DNA of 64,000 nt from Candidatus Latescibacterota bacterium (GCA_965208105.1 OZ242318.1:4416001-4480000), one strand, 5' to 3'; numbered from the stretch's first letter, positions 40,313-50,446 are shown. Numbers and translations: made by a program. The notes: generated from the sequence alone by a model not told the origin.

Positions 40313-41187
40313 CCCAGGCACGGGAAGGGAAAGCCCCCTTCAAAAAAGGGAATGGGGCAGGAGAAAAAGATGCCCGCCCCGCCGATCTCTACACCTTTTC
40401 GAAGCTGGCCCCTGGCGTGGAGAGGCTCGAAGACGTGGGGGAGGAAGAGGTTCGATTCTTCAAGGCCCAGGGTTACCTTGTCGTTCACGGTCTCTTCGGT
40501 CACGAACAGGTGGATGAGGCCCGGCGGGCAGTCCGCGACCTCATCGGCGGCAGCCGGAATGATTTCCGCGGGGTGCAGTTCGAGCCCGCTGCCCGCGGCA
40601 AACAGCGAGAGCTCAGCCCCGAGGAAAGGCAACTTTCCGTGCGCAAGCTGCACGGCTTCGTCGACTTCGACCGCCGCCTCGGGGATATGGCGGCCGATCC
40701 GGGCCTGCTCTCCCTGCTCGAACGCCTGATGGGTGCGGCGCCCGTACTCTTCCAGGACATGGCCCTTCTCAAGCCGCCGCACATAGGCAGCGAGAAGCCC
40801 TGGCACCAGGACTGCGCCTATTTCAATCTACCCCTGGGAACAATCGTGATAGGCGCCTGGATCGCCCTGGATGAGGCCACCTGCGAGAACGGATGCCTGC
40901 ACATAATGCCCGGGTCACATCTCCAGGATCCCATGCCCCACTTCAGGCGCCGCGACTGGCAGATCTGCGATGCCGATGTCCGCGTCGGGGGGGACGTGGC
41001 GGTTCCCCTCGAACCTGGAGGCTGCCTGCTCTGGCATGGGCTCACCCACCACGGCAGTCCGGCCAACAGGTCGAACGAGACCCGCCGCGCCCTGCAGTTT
41101 CACTACAAGCCCGCGGGCACCGAGGATGTCACGGTGGAGGAACGCATGGAGATTTTCGGCGGTGAGGTGCGGGGGGCGGAGTGTTAG
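40309..41187 (+). CDS. Phytanoyl-CoA dioxygenase (PhyH) family Fe/2OG enzyme
   Basis: PWHQD, ENGCL..PGSH, HHGS.AN.S..RR. Confidence 0.9.
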   Translation: MTQAREGKAPFKKGNGAGEKDARPADLYTFSKLAPGVERLEDVGEEEVRFFKAQGYLVVHGLFGHEQVDEARRAVRDLIGGSRNDFRGVQFEPAARGKQRELSPEERQLSVRKLHGFVDFDRRLGDMAADPGLLSLLERLMGAAPVLFQDMALLKPPHIGSEKPWHQDCAYFNLPLGTIVIGAWIALDEATCENGCLHIMPGSHLQDPMPHFRRRDWQICDADVRVGGDVAVPLEPGGCLLWHGLTHHGSPANRSNETRRALQFHYKPAGTEDVTVEERMEIFGGEVRGAEC

Positions 41188-41321
41188 CAACCCGTCCAAA
41201 GGGGAAACCCAGGGGAATCCTCCTCCCGGCCACGGACGCCGGCTCGGAGGCGGCGGGGCGGCAACCTGCAGATCGTCAACCCTGATGGGGGCACCGCCAT
41301 TCGCCGGCCCAAGGAGCATTC

Positions 41322-42194
41322 ATGGTCACCGATCTCGATACCTACCTTTTCGACCTGCTCGGCTATCTGTTCCTGCCCGGGGCCCTCACCCCTGACGAGG
41401 TAGCCGATCTCAACGCCTGCCTCGACGACATCCCATCCCTGGAACCCGGAGAATGGTACGGCTACATCCACGCCCACCAGTATGGAACCAGCGACGGTCT
41501 CAATCTCCAGCAGATCTACGAGGCGGGTGCTCCTTTCGAGAACCTGATCGACCATCCGGCCTGGATAGACAAGGTCAAGCACTTTGTCGGACAAAACGGC
41601 TTCGACTGCAACCACGGTCCGCTCTTTATCGATGAGGATTTTGCCAACTTCCGCGGACCGGGAGAGGCCATAGGGCTGCACTCAGGGGCGCACATTGCCT
41701 GCAAGCGCAACCAGTACCGCTTTCTGAACGGCCACTTCATGTGCGGCCAGGTGAATATCCTCATCGCCCTGACCGATATCGGCCAGGGAGACGGCGGGAC
41801 CATGCTCATCCCCGCCAGCCACAAGGCCAATTTCGAGCATCCGCACCTGGCAAGGCACAGTATAGGCAAGGGGGCTTCGGCAGAGGGGGTGGAGGGAGCC
41901 ATCGAAATCCACATGGAGGCGGGGGACGTCCTGCTCTTCGTCGATGCCCTTTCCCACGGGTCGGCCAGGCGCGTCAACCCGGGTATTCGGCGCGTCGTCG
42001 TCTACCGCTACGGCTCATCCTGGAACACCTTCCGCTTCGGCTACCAGCCTTCTCCCGAACTGCTGCAGCGGCTCACTCCCCAACGCCGGCAGATCGTCCA
42101 GCCATTTCAGCTGCTGCCCAGGTTGCCCAACAGGAAACCAGGAGCGGAAGGCGGGGCAGATAATCCGAACCTGATCCAGGCATCTGAAAAATAG
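41322..42194 (+). CDS. PhyH family Fe/2OG enzyme with HxG motif
   Basis: YLFDLLGY, GLHSG, GGT.LIPASHK, LSHGS, RRVVVYRY. Confidence 0.85.
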   Translation: MVTDLDTYLFDLLGYLFLPGALTPDEVADLNACLDDIPSLEPGEWYGYIHAHQYGTSDGLNLQQIYEAGAPFENLIDHPAWIDKVKHFVGQNGFDCNHGPLFIDEDFANFRGPGEAIGLHSGAHIACKRNQYRFLNGHFMCGQVNILIALTDIGQGDGGTMLIPASHKANFEHPHLARHSIGKGASAEGVEGAIEIHMEAGDVLLFVDALSHGSARRVNPGIRRVVVYRYGSSWNTFRFGYQPSPELLQRLTPQRRQIVQPFQLLPRLPNRKPGAEGGADNPNLIQASEK

Positions 42195-42297
42195 CCGCTT
42201 CTTTCGGGATTCCCGGGACGGTCCTTCCTCTCGAAATTTCTGCCGGGATTCAAGGCCAAGGGAACCTCAGCCGGTGCCCAGCTGCTTCAAATCAATC

Positions 42298-43314
42298 GTG
42301 AAAGTCGTATACTCCGACGAACATCACCGCCACGATCCACCCTCGGAATTCGTCCGCGACGGCATGTATCCCTATTCCGAATCTCCGGCGCGGGCGGCGG
42401 CGATCCTGGACGCCCTGCGGCAAGAGGGTTGCGGCGAAATAATCCCGCCGCAGGAACATCCCCTCGACTCCATCCGCGCCGTTCACGACGAGGACTACCT
42501 CCACTACCTGGAGCATATCTACCCGGCCTGGGCCGAGGCCGGCCGCCCCGAGACCGGGGTCATTCCCGAAACCTTTGCAAGCCCGGAAATGAGCAGCAGG
42601 CCGCGGCAGCTGCTCAGACAGCCGGGATTTTTCTGTTTCGACGCCCAGACCCCCATCGTCCGCCATACCCATGCAGCCGCCCTGGCCTCCACTCACTGCG
42701 CCCTCACCGCGGCGGACCAGCTACTCGCCGGGGCGACGGCAGCCTATGCCCTGTGCCGGCCTCCGGGACATCACGCCGGCCGCGCCTCCTACGGCGGATA
42801 TTGCTTCCTGAACAACGCGGCCGTGGCCGCCGCCCACCTCGGCCGCCGCGGCCGGGTCGCCGTGCTCGACATCGACTATCATCACGGCAACGGCACCCAG
42901 GACATCTTCTACGACAGCGGCCGGACCCTGTTCGTCTCCATTCACGCCGATCCCAACCGGGCATATCCATTCTTCAGCGGCTATGCCGCCGAAGTGGGCA
43001 AGGGTGACGGCCGTGGATTCAACCTCAATTACCCCTTGCCGGCAGGGGTCGACGACCGCCGCTATCTGCAGGTTCTCGATCAGGCCCTCGAGGAGATCGG
43101 CTCCTTCCGCCCTGGGTGGCTGGTGGTCTCGGCGGGTGTGGATACCTGCGGGCTGGATCCGCTGGGGGATTTCCGGCTGTCCGTCGACGGCTTCCGCCAG
43201 GTTGGCAGGGATATCGCCGCTCTAAACCTGCCAACCCTTCTGGTCCAGGAAGGCGGCTACAATCTCGCCTGCATCGGCGCCTCCGTCCTGAACCTGGTGC
43301 GCGCCTTCGAATAG
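42298..43314 (+). CDS. Histone deacetylase family / acetylpolyamine amidohydrolase
   Basis: RPPGHHA, GYCFLNN, DIDYHHGNGTQ, QEGGY. Confidence 0.92.
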   Translation: MKVVYSDEHHRHDPPSEFVRDGMYPYSESPARAAAILDALRQEGCGEIIPPQEHPLDSIRAVHDEDYLHYLEHIYPAWAEAGRPETGVIPETFASPEMSSRPRQLLRQPGFFCFDAQTPIVRHTHAAALASTHCALTAADQLLAGATAAYALCRPPGHHAGRASYGGYCFLNNAAVAAAHLGRRGRVAVLDIDYHHGNGTQDIFYDSGRTLFVSIHADPNRAYPFFSGYAAEVGKGDGRGFNLNYPLPAGVDDRRYLQVLDQALEEIGSFRPGWLVVSAGVDTCGLDPLGDFRLSVDGFRQVGRDIAALNLPTLLVQEGGYNLACIGASVLNLVRAFE

Positions 43315-43395
43315 CAGAATCAGGGGATGAAGCTCAGGCAGGGTCGGGTCAATCCCAGCGGAACGGTCGTTGGGGACCCGGGAGGCAGTCCCGGA

Positions 43396-44319
43396 TCACC
43401 CACCGGGAGAATTTTCCCTGGCCTGGACCAGGGCGGTGATCACCTCGTTGTAGGGGGCGGCGAGGCCGACCTTGCGGGCAAGGGGGGGTATGGCTCCGTT
43501 GATCGCCTCTATCTCCGACTTCCTGCGGGCCATGAGGTCGAGCAGCAGCGAGGGCCGCGCGTCGGGAATCTGCGCCCCGAAGTCCCTGACGTACTGGACG
43601 GGATCGGCGAAATCCAGGCTGATGCCCAGCGCTTGCGCGACCTCGAACGCTTCGGCGGCGCATTTCGAGGCGACCTGCCAGGCCGCCTCGTCGGCCATCA
43701 CCTCGCCGATGGTCTTGTCGAGGACCCCGCAAGGTCCGCTGTAGCATACATTGCAGATCAGTTTTTCCCAGACCAGCTGGTCGATATTGTCGAATGCTTT
43801 GACCTTGAATCCGGCCTGGCGCCAAACTGCGGTCAGGGACTCGAGCCGGGGAGTTACCGGACCTTCCATCTCACCCAGCCGGATCAGCTGCCAGGAGTTG
43901 TGATGCACGTGGCCGGGTGCGACCACGGAAGCCCCGAATCCACCGGCGACACCCTTGAGCACCCGGTCGGCGCCGAGAGATCGGGCAACTTTTTCGACGC
44001 TCCCCAACCCGTTCTGAATCGCAAGTACCGGCGTTTGGGGTCCAAGGAGCACCTGCGCACTGGCCGCTGCCGCTTCGACGTGCATGGCCTTGGTCGCAAC
44101 GATGACGAGTTCCACCTGCCCGACGTCTCGCGCATCGGTGGTTGCGCCGACCTTCGCCACCCGATCGCCGCTGGCCCCCTCGACTCTGAGACCCTTTTCG
44201 CGGATCGCCTCGATATGGGCTTCCCATGTGTCGACCACCCAGACTTCGTTGCCTGCGTCCGCCAGCAAACCGGCGTAGATGGAGCCCATCGCCCCGGCGC
44301 CTACTACAGCAATTTTCAT
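43396..44319 (-). CDS. panE: 2-dehydropantoate 2-reductase (ketopantoate reductase family)
   Basis: GAGAMG, ATKA, QNGLG, WEKL, SLLLD...SEIEAING. Confidence 0.88.
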   Translation of the reverse strand: MKIAVVGAGAMGSIYAGLLADAGNEVWVVDTWEAHIEAIREKGLRVEGASGDRVAKVGATTDARDVGQVELVIVATKAMHVEAAAASAQVLLGPQTPVLAIQNGLGSVEKVARSLGADRVLKGVAGGFGASVVAPGHVHHNSWQLIRLGEMEGPVTPRLESLTAVWRQAGFKVKAFDNIDQLVWEKLICNVCYSGPCGVLDKTIGEVMADEAAWQVASKCAAEAFEVAQALGISLDFADPVQYVRDFGAQIPDARPSLLLDLMARRKSEIEAINGAIPPLARKVGLAAPYNEVITALVQARENSPGG

Positions 44320-44391
44320 GATTCCAGCACCATCCTCTCGAAAGAAATTTGAAAGCTCGAACCCAATCGGGTTTCTGAAAGTGATCCTGCC

Positions 44392-45870
44392 TCAGATGTC
44401 GTCAAGAGGATACAACTTGCGGCCCAGACGGCGGAACGGCAGGCTGCCCCCGGCGGGATTGTGCACGCTCGGCTCCGAGACCGGGTAAATGCCGCCCGCC
44501 CAGGACTCGAACCCGGCGCGGAAATGCGCAGCCGACTTCACCCCGATGTAGCGCATCCGTCGCGGATCCAGTCCCAGGGTGCGGGAAAAGGCCGTATCGA
44601 AGGGCTGTTCGCGCTGATTCACCAGGAGGACGTGGACTCCGTCCTCAACGATGTGCGCGGAAGGCCCCATGTTGCCCTCCAGGCCGGCGTACATGGGTCC
44701 GTCGTAGCGGAATTTTCCATCCGAGAGGGCCCTTACCTGGGCCCTCATGGTGCATGGCTTTCCCTGCAGGGGAGAGGATTTGCCCCCCACCTCCAGGGTG
44801 AGGGTCGCACCTTCCCCTGCGGCGGAACACTGCTCCACCGCCTCGGGGTCCACCACGTAGAGCACGCAGGCGTCCTTCAGGCCGGCTTCCCTGAAAGCCC
44901 TCAGCATGCCGGTGCTGTCCCCGGGCGAACCACCTCCAGTGTTGTCCGAACGGTCCGAAAAAACGGCGGGGAAGCAGCCGGCGGCCTCGGCATGGTCGAG
45001 GGCTTCGCGCGTCGATGGCACCTGGACCTGCCATTGCGCCCGGCGCGCGAAGATCCAGGCGCCCAGCCGGTCCGCACATTCCTGGGCCAGCTCCGGATCG
45101 CCGTCGGTGACGATGTAGACCGAGGCGCCCATGTCCGGCACGTCGGCCAGCGGATAGCAGGTGGCGATGGAGCCGCATATCACGCCGGGAAGGGCCTCCA
45201 TGCGCCGCAACTCGGCGATGGCGGTGCTCATGGGCGCGTGTGCGGTGACCTGGTTCAGGCCCCAGATCATGGGAATCTGGTGCAAGGCCATACGGGGGCG
45301 CAGCCCCTGCCGCAGGATTCGCACCAGCACATCGGCGCACTGGCGCCCGCGCGCGCCCATATCCACCTCCGGGTAGGTTCTCCTGCCGATCAATACATCG
45401 GCCGCCTCGACCATCGCCCTCGATATGTTGGCATGGATATCCAGCTGGGCGAGGACCGGCACCCGGGGACCGACCGCCAAGCGCACGGCCTCGAGAATAC
45501 GTCCGTCGGCGTCGTCGATTCCCTCGGCCACCATGGCCCCGTGGAGCTCGAGCAGCACTCCGTCGATGGGGCCGGCGGCGGAGATTCCCTCGATCAACTC
45601 GCCCAGCACCGCGTCGAAGATATCCCGTGGGGTGGGACCGCTGGGATGGGGCTCGGCGAAAACGGTGGGAACGAGTTCGAAGCCGTGGGCATCGGCGCCC
45701 TCGATGAATCCTCCCATGGGCGTGTTCGTTTGCCGGAACTTCTCGAGGATTTCCGCCCCTTTCAGGTAGCCGAAGTGTTCCCTGTAGCTGGCCCAGGTGG
45801 TGGGAACCAGGGTAAAAGTGCTGGTCTCGTGGCTGATCGCCCCGGTGACAACCCGCATACTTTTTTTCAT
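44392..45870 (-). CDS. M81 family metallopeptidase (MlrC-like)
   Basis: HETSTF, LHGAM, DIHAN, YPEVD, DNTGGG, VKSAAHFRA. Confidence 0.9.
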   Translation of the reverse strand: MKKSMRVVTGAISHETSTFTLVPTTWASYREHFGYLKGAEILEKFRQTNTPMGGFIEGADAHGFELVPTVFAEPHPSGPTPRDIFDAVLGELIEGISAAGPIDGVLLELHGAMVAEGIDDADGRILEAVRLAVGPRVPVLAQLDIHANISRAMVEAADVLIGRRTYPEVDMGARGRQCADVLVRILRQGLRPRMALHQIPMIWGLNQVTAHAPMSTAIAELRRMEALPGVICGSIATCYPLADVPDMGASVYIVTDGDPELAQECADRLGAWIFARRAQWQVQVPSTREALDHAEAAGCFPAVFSDRSDNTGGGSPGDSTGMLRAFREAGLKDACVLYVVDPEAVEQCSAAGEGATLTLEVGGKSSPLQGKPCTMRAQVRALSDGKFRYDGPMYAGLEGNMGPSAHIVEDGVHVLLVNQREQPFDTAFSRTLGLDPRRMRYIGVKSAAHFRAGFESWAGGIYPVSEPSVHNPAGGSLPFRRLGRKLYPLDDI

Positions 45871-45874
45871 CTGG

Positions 45875-45902
45875 TTGCTTTTTTTCCTTTTTGCGCTATA
45901 TT
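45875..45902 (+). promoter_or_regulatory. Putative sigma70 promoter for csp, implying a ~200-nt 5' UTR
   Basis: TTGCTT-N16-TATATT. Confidence 0.5.
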
Positions 45903-45940
45903 AACCAATCAAATCCTTGTTGGCAGTCGTTCTGATCCAA

Positions 45941-46055
45941 GTAGACTCCTACCCGAGGCCTTAGAGTAGTTTCCTACCCGAAGTAGTTTCCTACCTGATG
46001 TAGATCCTACCCGATGTAGATCCTACCTGCAAGCCTGAAGTAGCTTCCTACCTGA
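45941..46055. repeat. Six GTAG-N3/4-CTAC-C(C/T)G mini-hairpin repeats
   Basis: Units start at 45941, 45966, 45983, 46000, 46016, 46040. Confidence 0.9.
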
Positions 46056-46114
46056 TCCAGATTCTGAATGCTCTGTTCCAACGAGATCCAAGATAGAGGG
46101 GAGGTGATCAACGC

Positions 46115-46324
46115 ATGGCAGACCGCGAAACCGGGACCGTAAAGTGGTTCAACGATGCCAAGGGCTTCGGCTTTATCGAGCGTCCGAACGGTAGCGATGT
46201 CTTCGTCCACTACAGTGCCATCAGCGCCGAGGGATTTCGTTCGCTGAGCGAAGGGCAGCAGGTGGAATTCGAAGTGGTCCAGGGCCAGAAGGGCCCGGCA
46301 GCCGAAAGCGTGGTGCTCATTTAG
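46115..46324 (+). CDS. Cold-shock protein (CspA family)
   Basis: [24 protein letters not shown]; GGAGGT RBS. Confidence 0.97.
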   Translation: MADRETGTVKWFNDAKGFGFIERPNGSDVFVHYSAISAEGFRSLSEGQQVEFEVVQGQKGPAAESVVLI

Positions 46325-46344
46325 ACCGCTGCGGCAATAACGAA

Positions 46345-46378
46345 GAAAGGGCGATGTAGATCCATACATCGCCCTTTC
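46345..46378 (+). terminator. Intrinsic terminator-like hairpin after csp (may be bidirectional with purF)
   Basis: GAAAGGGCGATGTA-gatcca-TACATCGCCCTTTC, perfect 14-bp stem. Confidence 0.75.
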
Positions 46379-46535
46379 CATGTGAACCGACCTCGTTTAC
46401 TCGTTTATCTCCTTGCTCCTGGCACGTCTGATACCCGAACAGGCGGCTTGGGGGAGCCGTAAAGCCGGGCAGGTTGCGGGTTGGCATTCTGCCGTCCCAT
46501 GCAAGAGAAGGCGTCGGTCCGGGCAAAACGGCGGC

Positions 46536-48017
46536 TCAGGAGGGAACCCCCGTGGCCACCTCTCCCAGCAGGTCCAGCTGAGAGTTTCCTGGACTGGCAC
46601 CGGCGAACGGGTGCTTGCCGCCAATGCAGTAGGTGCAGGTATTCTCGGCAAAGACTCCTGCCCTGGCGAAGGCGCGCAGCATGCCTTCGGGAGAGAGATA
46701 GACCACGGGCATTCCCATGATCTCGCTGATTTCCTCCACGTTCCTCCCGCGCGCCAGGAACTCTTCCCCGGCAGGTGGCTGGGGAGGCATGTCCACCCCG
46801 AACATGCATCCCCGGGGGACATTGTCCTCGCCTACGATCCCGATGGGCGGGGTGTAGCTGGCCAGATAGGCTTTCTTGACCTGGACCTCTCCGTAGAGCA
46901 GGTCCCGCGCCCGCCGCGAGTTGTTGCCCCGAACGATGCTGTCGTCCAGCACGATAACGGTCTTGCCGCGCAGCCTGTCTTCCATGCCTGGCAGAAGGTG
47001 CAGGTTCTGGTCGATGGATTGCTCGCGGTTGGTGGCCGTGGTTCCGAGAAAGGAGCGCTCCCCGCGCATCTTGTAGAACACCGGCAGAAAGGGAAGATCT
47101 GCTTTCCGGGCGTATGCCCTGGCGGCCACCTCAGGACAGCGGGGAAGATAGGTCACCAGGTCGGCGTCGCGCGGGCGGAATTCGTCGGCCATGACGTCCC
47201 CAAGGGTCTCCCTAATCCGCCGCACGCTCACCCGGTTGATGATGGAATCCACGTCGGCGAAGTAGTTCCACTGAAAGAAACAATGGGCGAGGTCGGGATC
47301 GACAAGAACGGTCTTGGTGAAATCGCCTTCGGGAGACAGGTAGTAGATTGAGCCCGGCTCCAGATCCTCGATAAATTCGCCCCCGTTCTTCCTGAACGCG
47401 ATGTCCTCGGAAGCCACCCCGTACTTGCCGTCCTTCCAGCCCAGAACGCCCGGCTTTATACCGCTGCGATCGCGCAGCACAATCACGTCTCTCTTGCCCT
47501 TGTCGGCTATGGCCATGGTATAGGCGCCGGGTATTTGGCGCAGGAAATCGTGCTCTCCGTTCTGGCGGTAGAGGTGCAGGAGAGCTTCGGTGTCGCAGTC
47601 CGAATGCAGTTGCTCGGAGGGGACCTTGCTGAAGTACTCTTTGTTCACCTGGCCGTTGTGCACGGCCGCCATGTCACAGTCCCAGATGAGGATGTGGTTT
47701 CCCCTGTTTTCCACGCGCCCGCCGATCACGTGGGGATGGGCGTCTTCGAGGATGCGGTCCTTCCTGCCCAGGGTGGCGTAGCGGACGTGGGCCATGTAGG
47801 TGTGGTAGTGGGGAGAGGGAAAGATCTTGTGCAAGTCGGTGACGTCGAACTTTTCCACCCCGCCTTCCCACTTGATTATGTCTATGCGCCCCTCTCCAAC
47901 GGCCGCCATGCCGGCCGCCTCGCGCCCACGGTGCTGCAGCGAGCGGATGAATCTGTGCGCGTCGTGCAGGGTGTGGACTACGCAAAGGCCACAATTGTGG
48001 CCTACTCTCTCAATCAT
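46536..48017 (-). CDS. purF: Amidophosphoribosyltransferase
   Basis: Propeptide + CG, LQHRG, HVRYAT, HNG, DDSIVRG, FGVDMP, CTYCIGG. Confidence 0.93.
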   Translation of the reverse strand: MIERVGHNCGLCVVHTLHDAHRFIRSLQHRGREAAGMAAVGEGRIDIIKWEGGVEKFDVTDLHKIFPSPHYHTYMAHVRYATLGRKDRILEDAHPHVIGGRVENRGNHILIWDCDMAAVHNGQVNKEYFSKVPSEQLHSDCDTEALLHLYRQNGEHDFLRQIPGAYTMAIADKGKRDVIVLRDRSGIKPGVLGWKDGKYGVASEDIAFRKNGGEFIEDLEPGSIYYLSPEGDFTKTVLVDPDLAHCFFQWNYFADVDSIINRVSVRRIRETLGDVMADEFRPRDADLVTYLPRCPEVAARAYARKADLPFLPVFYKMRGERSFLGTTATNREQSIDQNLHLLPGMEDRLRGKTVIVLDDSIVRGNNSRRARDLLYGEVQVKKAYLASYTPPIGIVGEDNVPRGCMFGVDMPPQPPAGEEFLARGRNVEEISEIMGMPVVYLSPEGMLRAFARAGVFAENTCTYCIGGKHPFAGASPGNSQLDLLGEVATGVPS

Positions 48018-48430
48018 TTTCTCGCCCCGAGGGTTGGTAGGTGAGTCATGGCGGCCAGGATTGGGAGGGGACCTGGAGTCCCCTTCAATCGCGAAGTTTC
48101 ATCCCGTGGCTTGATTTCCTCCGTCCTGGTGGGTTGTCTTGCGGGCGGCGAAGGCAGACGGGAATTGCAAGGAGACGTCCTGTCGGAGCAATGGCGGCGG
48201 CGAAGGTGTTGAAGCCGCATGTTTCTGGTTCAGGAAGCACAGGCCGGTGTTGATCCAAGCTTACGAATTTGTGCCCATTCCTGCAAGTGGATCGGCGCCG
48301 CGTTCAATCACCGCCTCCCCAGGGGTCCGACCTGTCCTTGTTCCATGCTTTTGCCCCTGCAGGCCGATCCGGCCCCGAAGGACCCAGGCGGGGGAATGGG
48401 AGGTCAAGCGGTTAGCAACCGGTGCGGATG

Positions 48431-48814
48431 CTACCCGCAGGTTCCGTCGTTGCGCCGGTGGATGCAGAGCAGGTTGCCCCAGGGATCCTTGACCCAGGCC
48501 ATCCGGCAGCTTCCGCTGTCGACCGGCTCCATCACGATTTCCACGTTCTTCCGGCGTAGTTCTTCCACTGCCTCGTCCACGTTGTCCACCGCCAGGGCGA
48601 TCCCGGGCCTTCCTGCCTGCTCGTCCCACTGGACCAGAGCCAGACTCACCGGGTGGGTGTCGAACTCGGTCCAGGTATTGCGGCTTCCGTCTCCGGAGAT
48701 AACCCCGTCGTTAACGAAGGCCTGATCCAGCCCCAGTACTTCCCGATAAAAGCGAACGGCCTCCCTTGTGTCGGTCACGTGAGAAATCACGAAGTCGATT
48801 CCTTTGACTTGCAT
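48431..48814 (-). CDS. VOC family protein
   Basis: AVRFYREVLGL, DPWGN. Confidence 0.85.
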   Translation of the reverse strand: MQVKGIDFVISHVTDTREAVRFYREVLGLDQAFVNDGVISGDGSRNTWTEFDTHPVSLALVQWDEQAGRPGIALAVDNVDEAVEELRRKNVEIVMEPVDSGSCRMAWVKDPWGNLLCIHRRNDGTCG

Positions 48815-48923
48815 AGGTCGAGCCTCTCCTCCTGGAAGAATTCCAGATTGCGCAAATCCGGATCGCCGCAGCAGCCACCGGCGTGTATCCCGAACCATCG
48901 ACACTACCATTGGCCTGACCAGC

Positions 48924-49766
48924 TCATCGCTTTGGTCCTGCAGTTTCTGCCGATCTGTTCTCCTCGAGCCAGGCGACGGCGAAATCCACCAGGCCGCGCT
49001 GCGGCATGAGCTGGCAGGCGGCGAGGGCGACCTCGCCAAGACGGACGGCATTGCCCGCGTCTGATCGCAGAAAGTCCTCGCCGATGCGATCGAAATCCGA
49101 GCTGTCGATGTCCACATCTTCGAAGGTGGTCCATCTCCGCGAATCCGGGGAGATTGGCGCGCCCTCCTTGATGACGCGTTTGGTTGGAAAAGTCGCACGA
49201 TGTTCTGCCAGGTGCAGGGAGGTATTGTTTGCATGATCCACACCGAGAAGGAGGACAAAACCATGCAGTTCGTAAATCCTCGCAAGCGGTGAATGCTCGC
49301 CCAGTCCAAAGGCCAAGGAATGGTCGCCGGTGATATGCGCGGCATGGGGTCCACAGGCGCAAAACGAGACCTGTGGATGAGCGCTGCGGAGGACGTCTGG
49401 TTGCTTGCGGAATGTCTCGGCGATCAGGCCCATGGAACGGGTGGGAGTGAGCACCGGATCGTAGGCCGGCATGTGCTCGCGTATCAGCGGCCACCACGGC
49501 TCGGGGACGGGCGGATTTTTCCAGCCTGTGGGTTCGGAGAGGTCGGGCGAGTGGGCGGGCATGACAAGCGTTCCAGCCGAACTCAGGACCTCCCGAAGGG
49601 CAGCGATGACCGCCACCGATCCTCCGCACACCCATCCCATTGCGCTCAGGGACGAATGCACCAGCACCACCATCCCCGGTCGTAGGCCGAGCGCGCGGAG
49701 GTCGGCCTGTAACGACTCGACGGTGGCGGGAACTTCTGTTCTTTGAACTACCTCCGCTTCACCCAT
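48924..49766 (-). CDS. AAC(3)/YokD family N-acetyltransferase
   Basis: VHSSLS, GTLVMP, RSAHPQVSF, LLLGV..NTSLHLAE. Confidence 0.9.
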   Translation of the reverse strand: MGEAEVVQRTEVPATVESLQADLRALGLRPGMVVLVHSSLSAMGWVCGGSVAVIAALREVLSSAGTLVMPAHSPDLSEPTGWKNPPVPEPWWPLIREHMPAYDPVLTPTRSMGLIAETFRKQPDVLRSAHPQVSFCACGPHAAHITGDHSLAFGLGEHSPLARIYELHGFVLLLGVDHANNTSLHLAEHRATFPTKRVIKEGAPISPDSRRWTTFEDVDIDSSDFDRIGEDFLRSDAGNAVRLGEVALAACQLMPQRGLVDFAVAWLEENRSAETAGPKR

Positions 49767-49873
49767 CCCTGTAATCCAGCCTGAATTCCTGGTTAGGTGT
49801 GCACGGTTGGCGGACCTGCGACAATGGGAGGCCGAAGGGAAACCGCAAAAGCAGGGTAGCGAAGAGCTCCGGG

Positions 49874-50446
49874 TTACCGGGTGTTGCTCTGCTCCAGTGC
49901 TTCATTCGACTGATTGCACCATGCCCGCAAGACGACGCAGGGCAGCTCCATCTCGTAGTGGACGTACGCCTCCCTGTGGCGGACGATCTCGGTGAATCCC
50001 ATTGCGGTCCAGAAGCGCAAGGCGGGCACATTGGCCAGGTATACCCGTCCGAGGGCGCAGCGAAAATTGCAGCGGGCCAATATGCGCATCAGGCTTCCGA
50101 TTCCCGCGCGGCCCACTCCACTTCTGCGAAAACCGGGGCGGATCGCCAGTATCGAGATCCACACCTCGCCTGGCCGGGGAAAGTCTTCCGTAAGATGGAA
50201 ATATCCTGCCAGGTCATGGGCGGGGCCGACGTGAAGACTGCGCATGCGGAAACCGCGCTCCTGAGACTCCTGTGCCACGGAATTCTCCACCAGGGCCCCT
50301 ACTTCGCCCTCGTCCACCTCGGCAAAGGTGGGATCGAATGGAATGGTGTCGGCACATTCCAGGAACATGGCGTGGAGCGCGGGAGTTTCCTCTGCTTTGA
50401 CCGCGCGAACGGTGATTTGACCTTCTGACCAGACGAGAGGTATCAT
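49874..50446 (-). CDS. GNAT family acetyltransferase
   Basis: RRSGVG, N.PALRFW..MGF. Confidence 0.8.
   Translation of the reverse strand: MIPLVWSEGQITVRAVKAEETPALHAMFLECADTIPFDPTFAEVDEGEVGALVENSVAQESQERGFRMRSLHVGPAHDLAGYFHLTEDFPRPGEVWISILAIRPGFRRSGVGRAGIGSLMRILARCNFRCALGRVYLANVPALRFWTAMGFTEIVRHREAYVHYEMELPCVVLRAWCNQSNEALEQSNTR

Noticed and set aside
45941-46055. Possible CRISPR array
   Set aside because: Units are only ~16 bp, mostly abutting without unique spacers, and no cas genes are present.
48018-48260. Purine/ZTP/PRPP riboswitch upstream of purF (also checked upstream of purL)
   Set aside because: Only a simple hairpin (AGGGGAC-N5-GTCCCCT); I could not match the consensus of any known riboswitch by eye.
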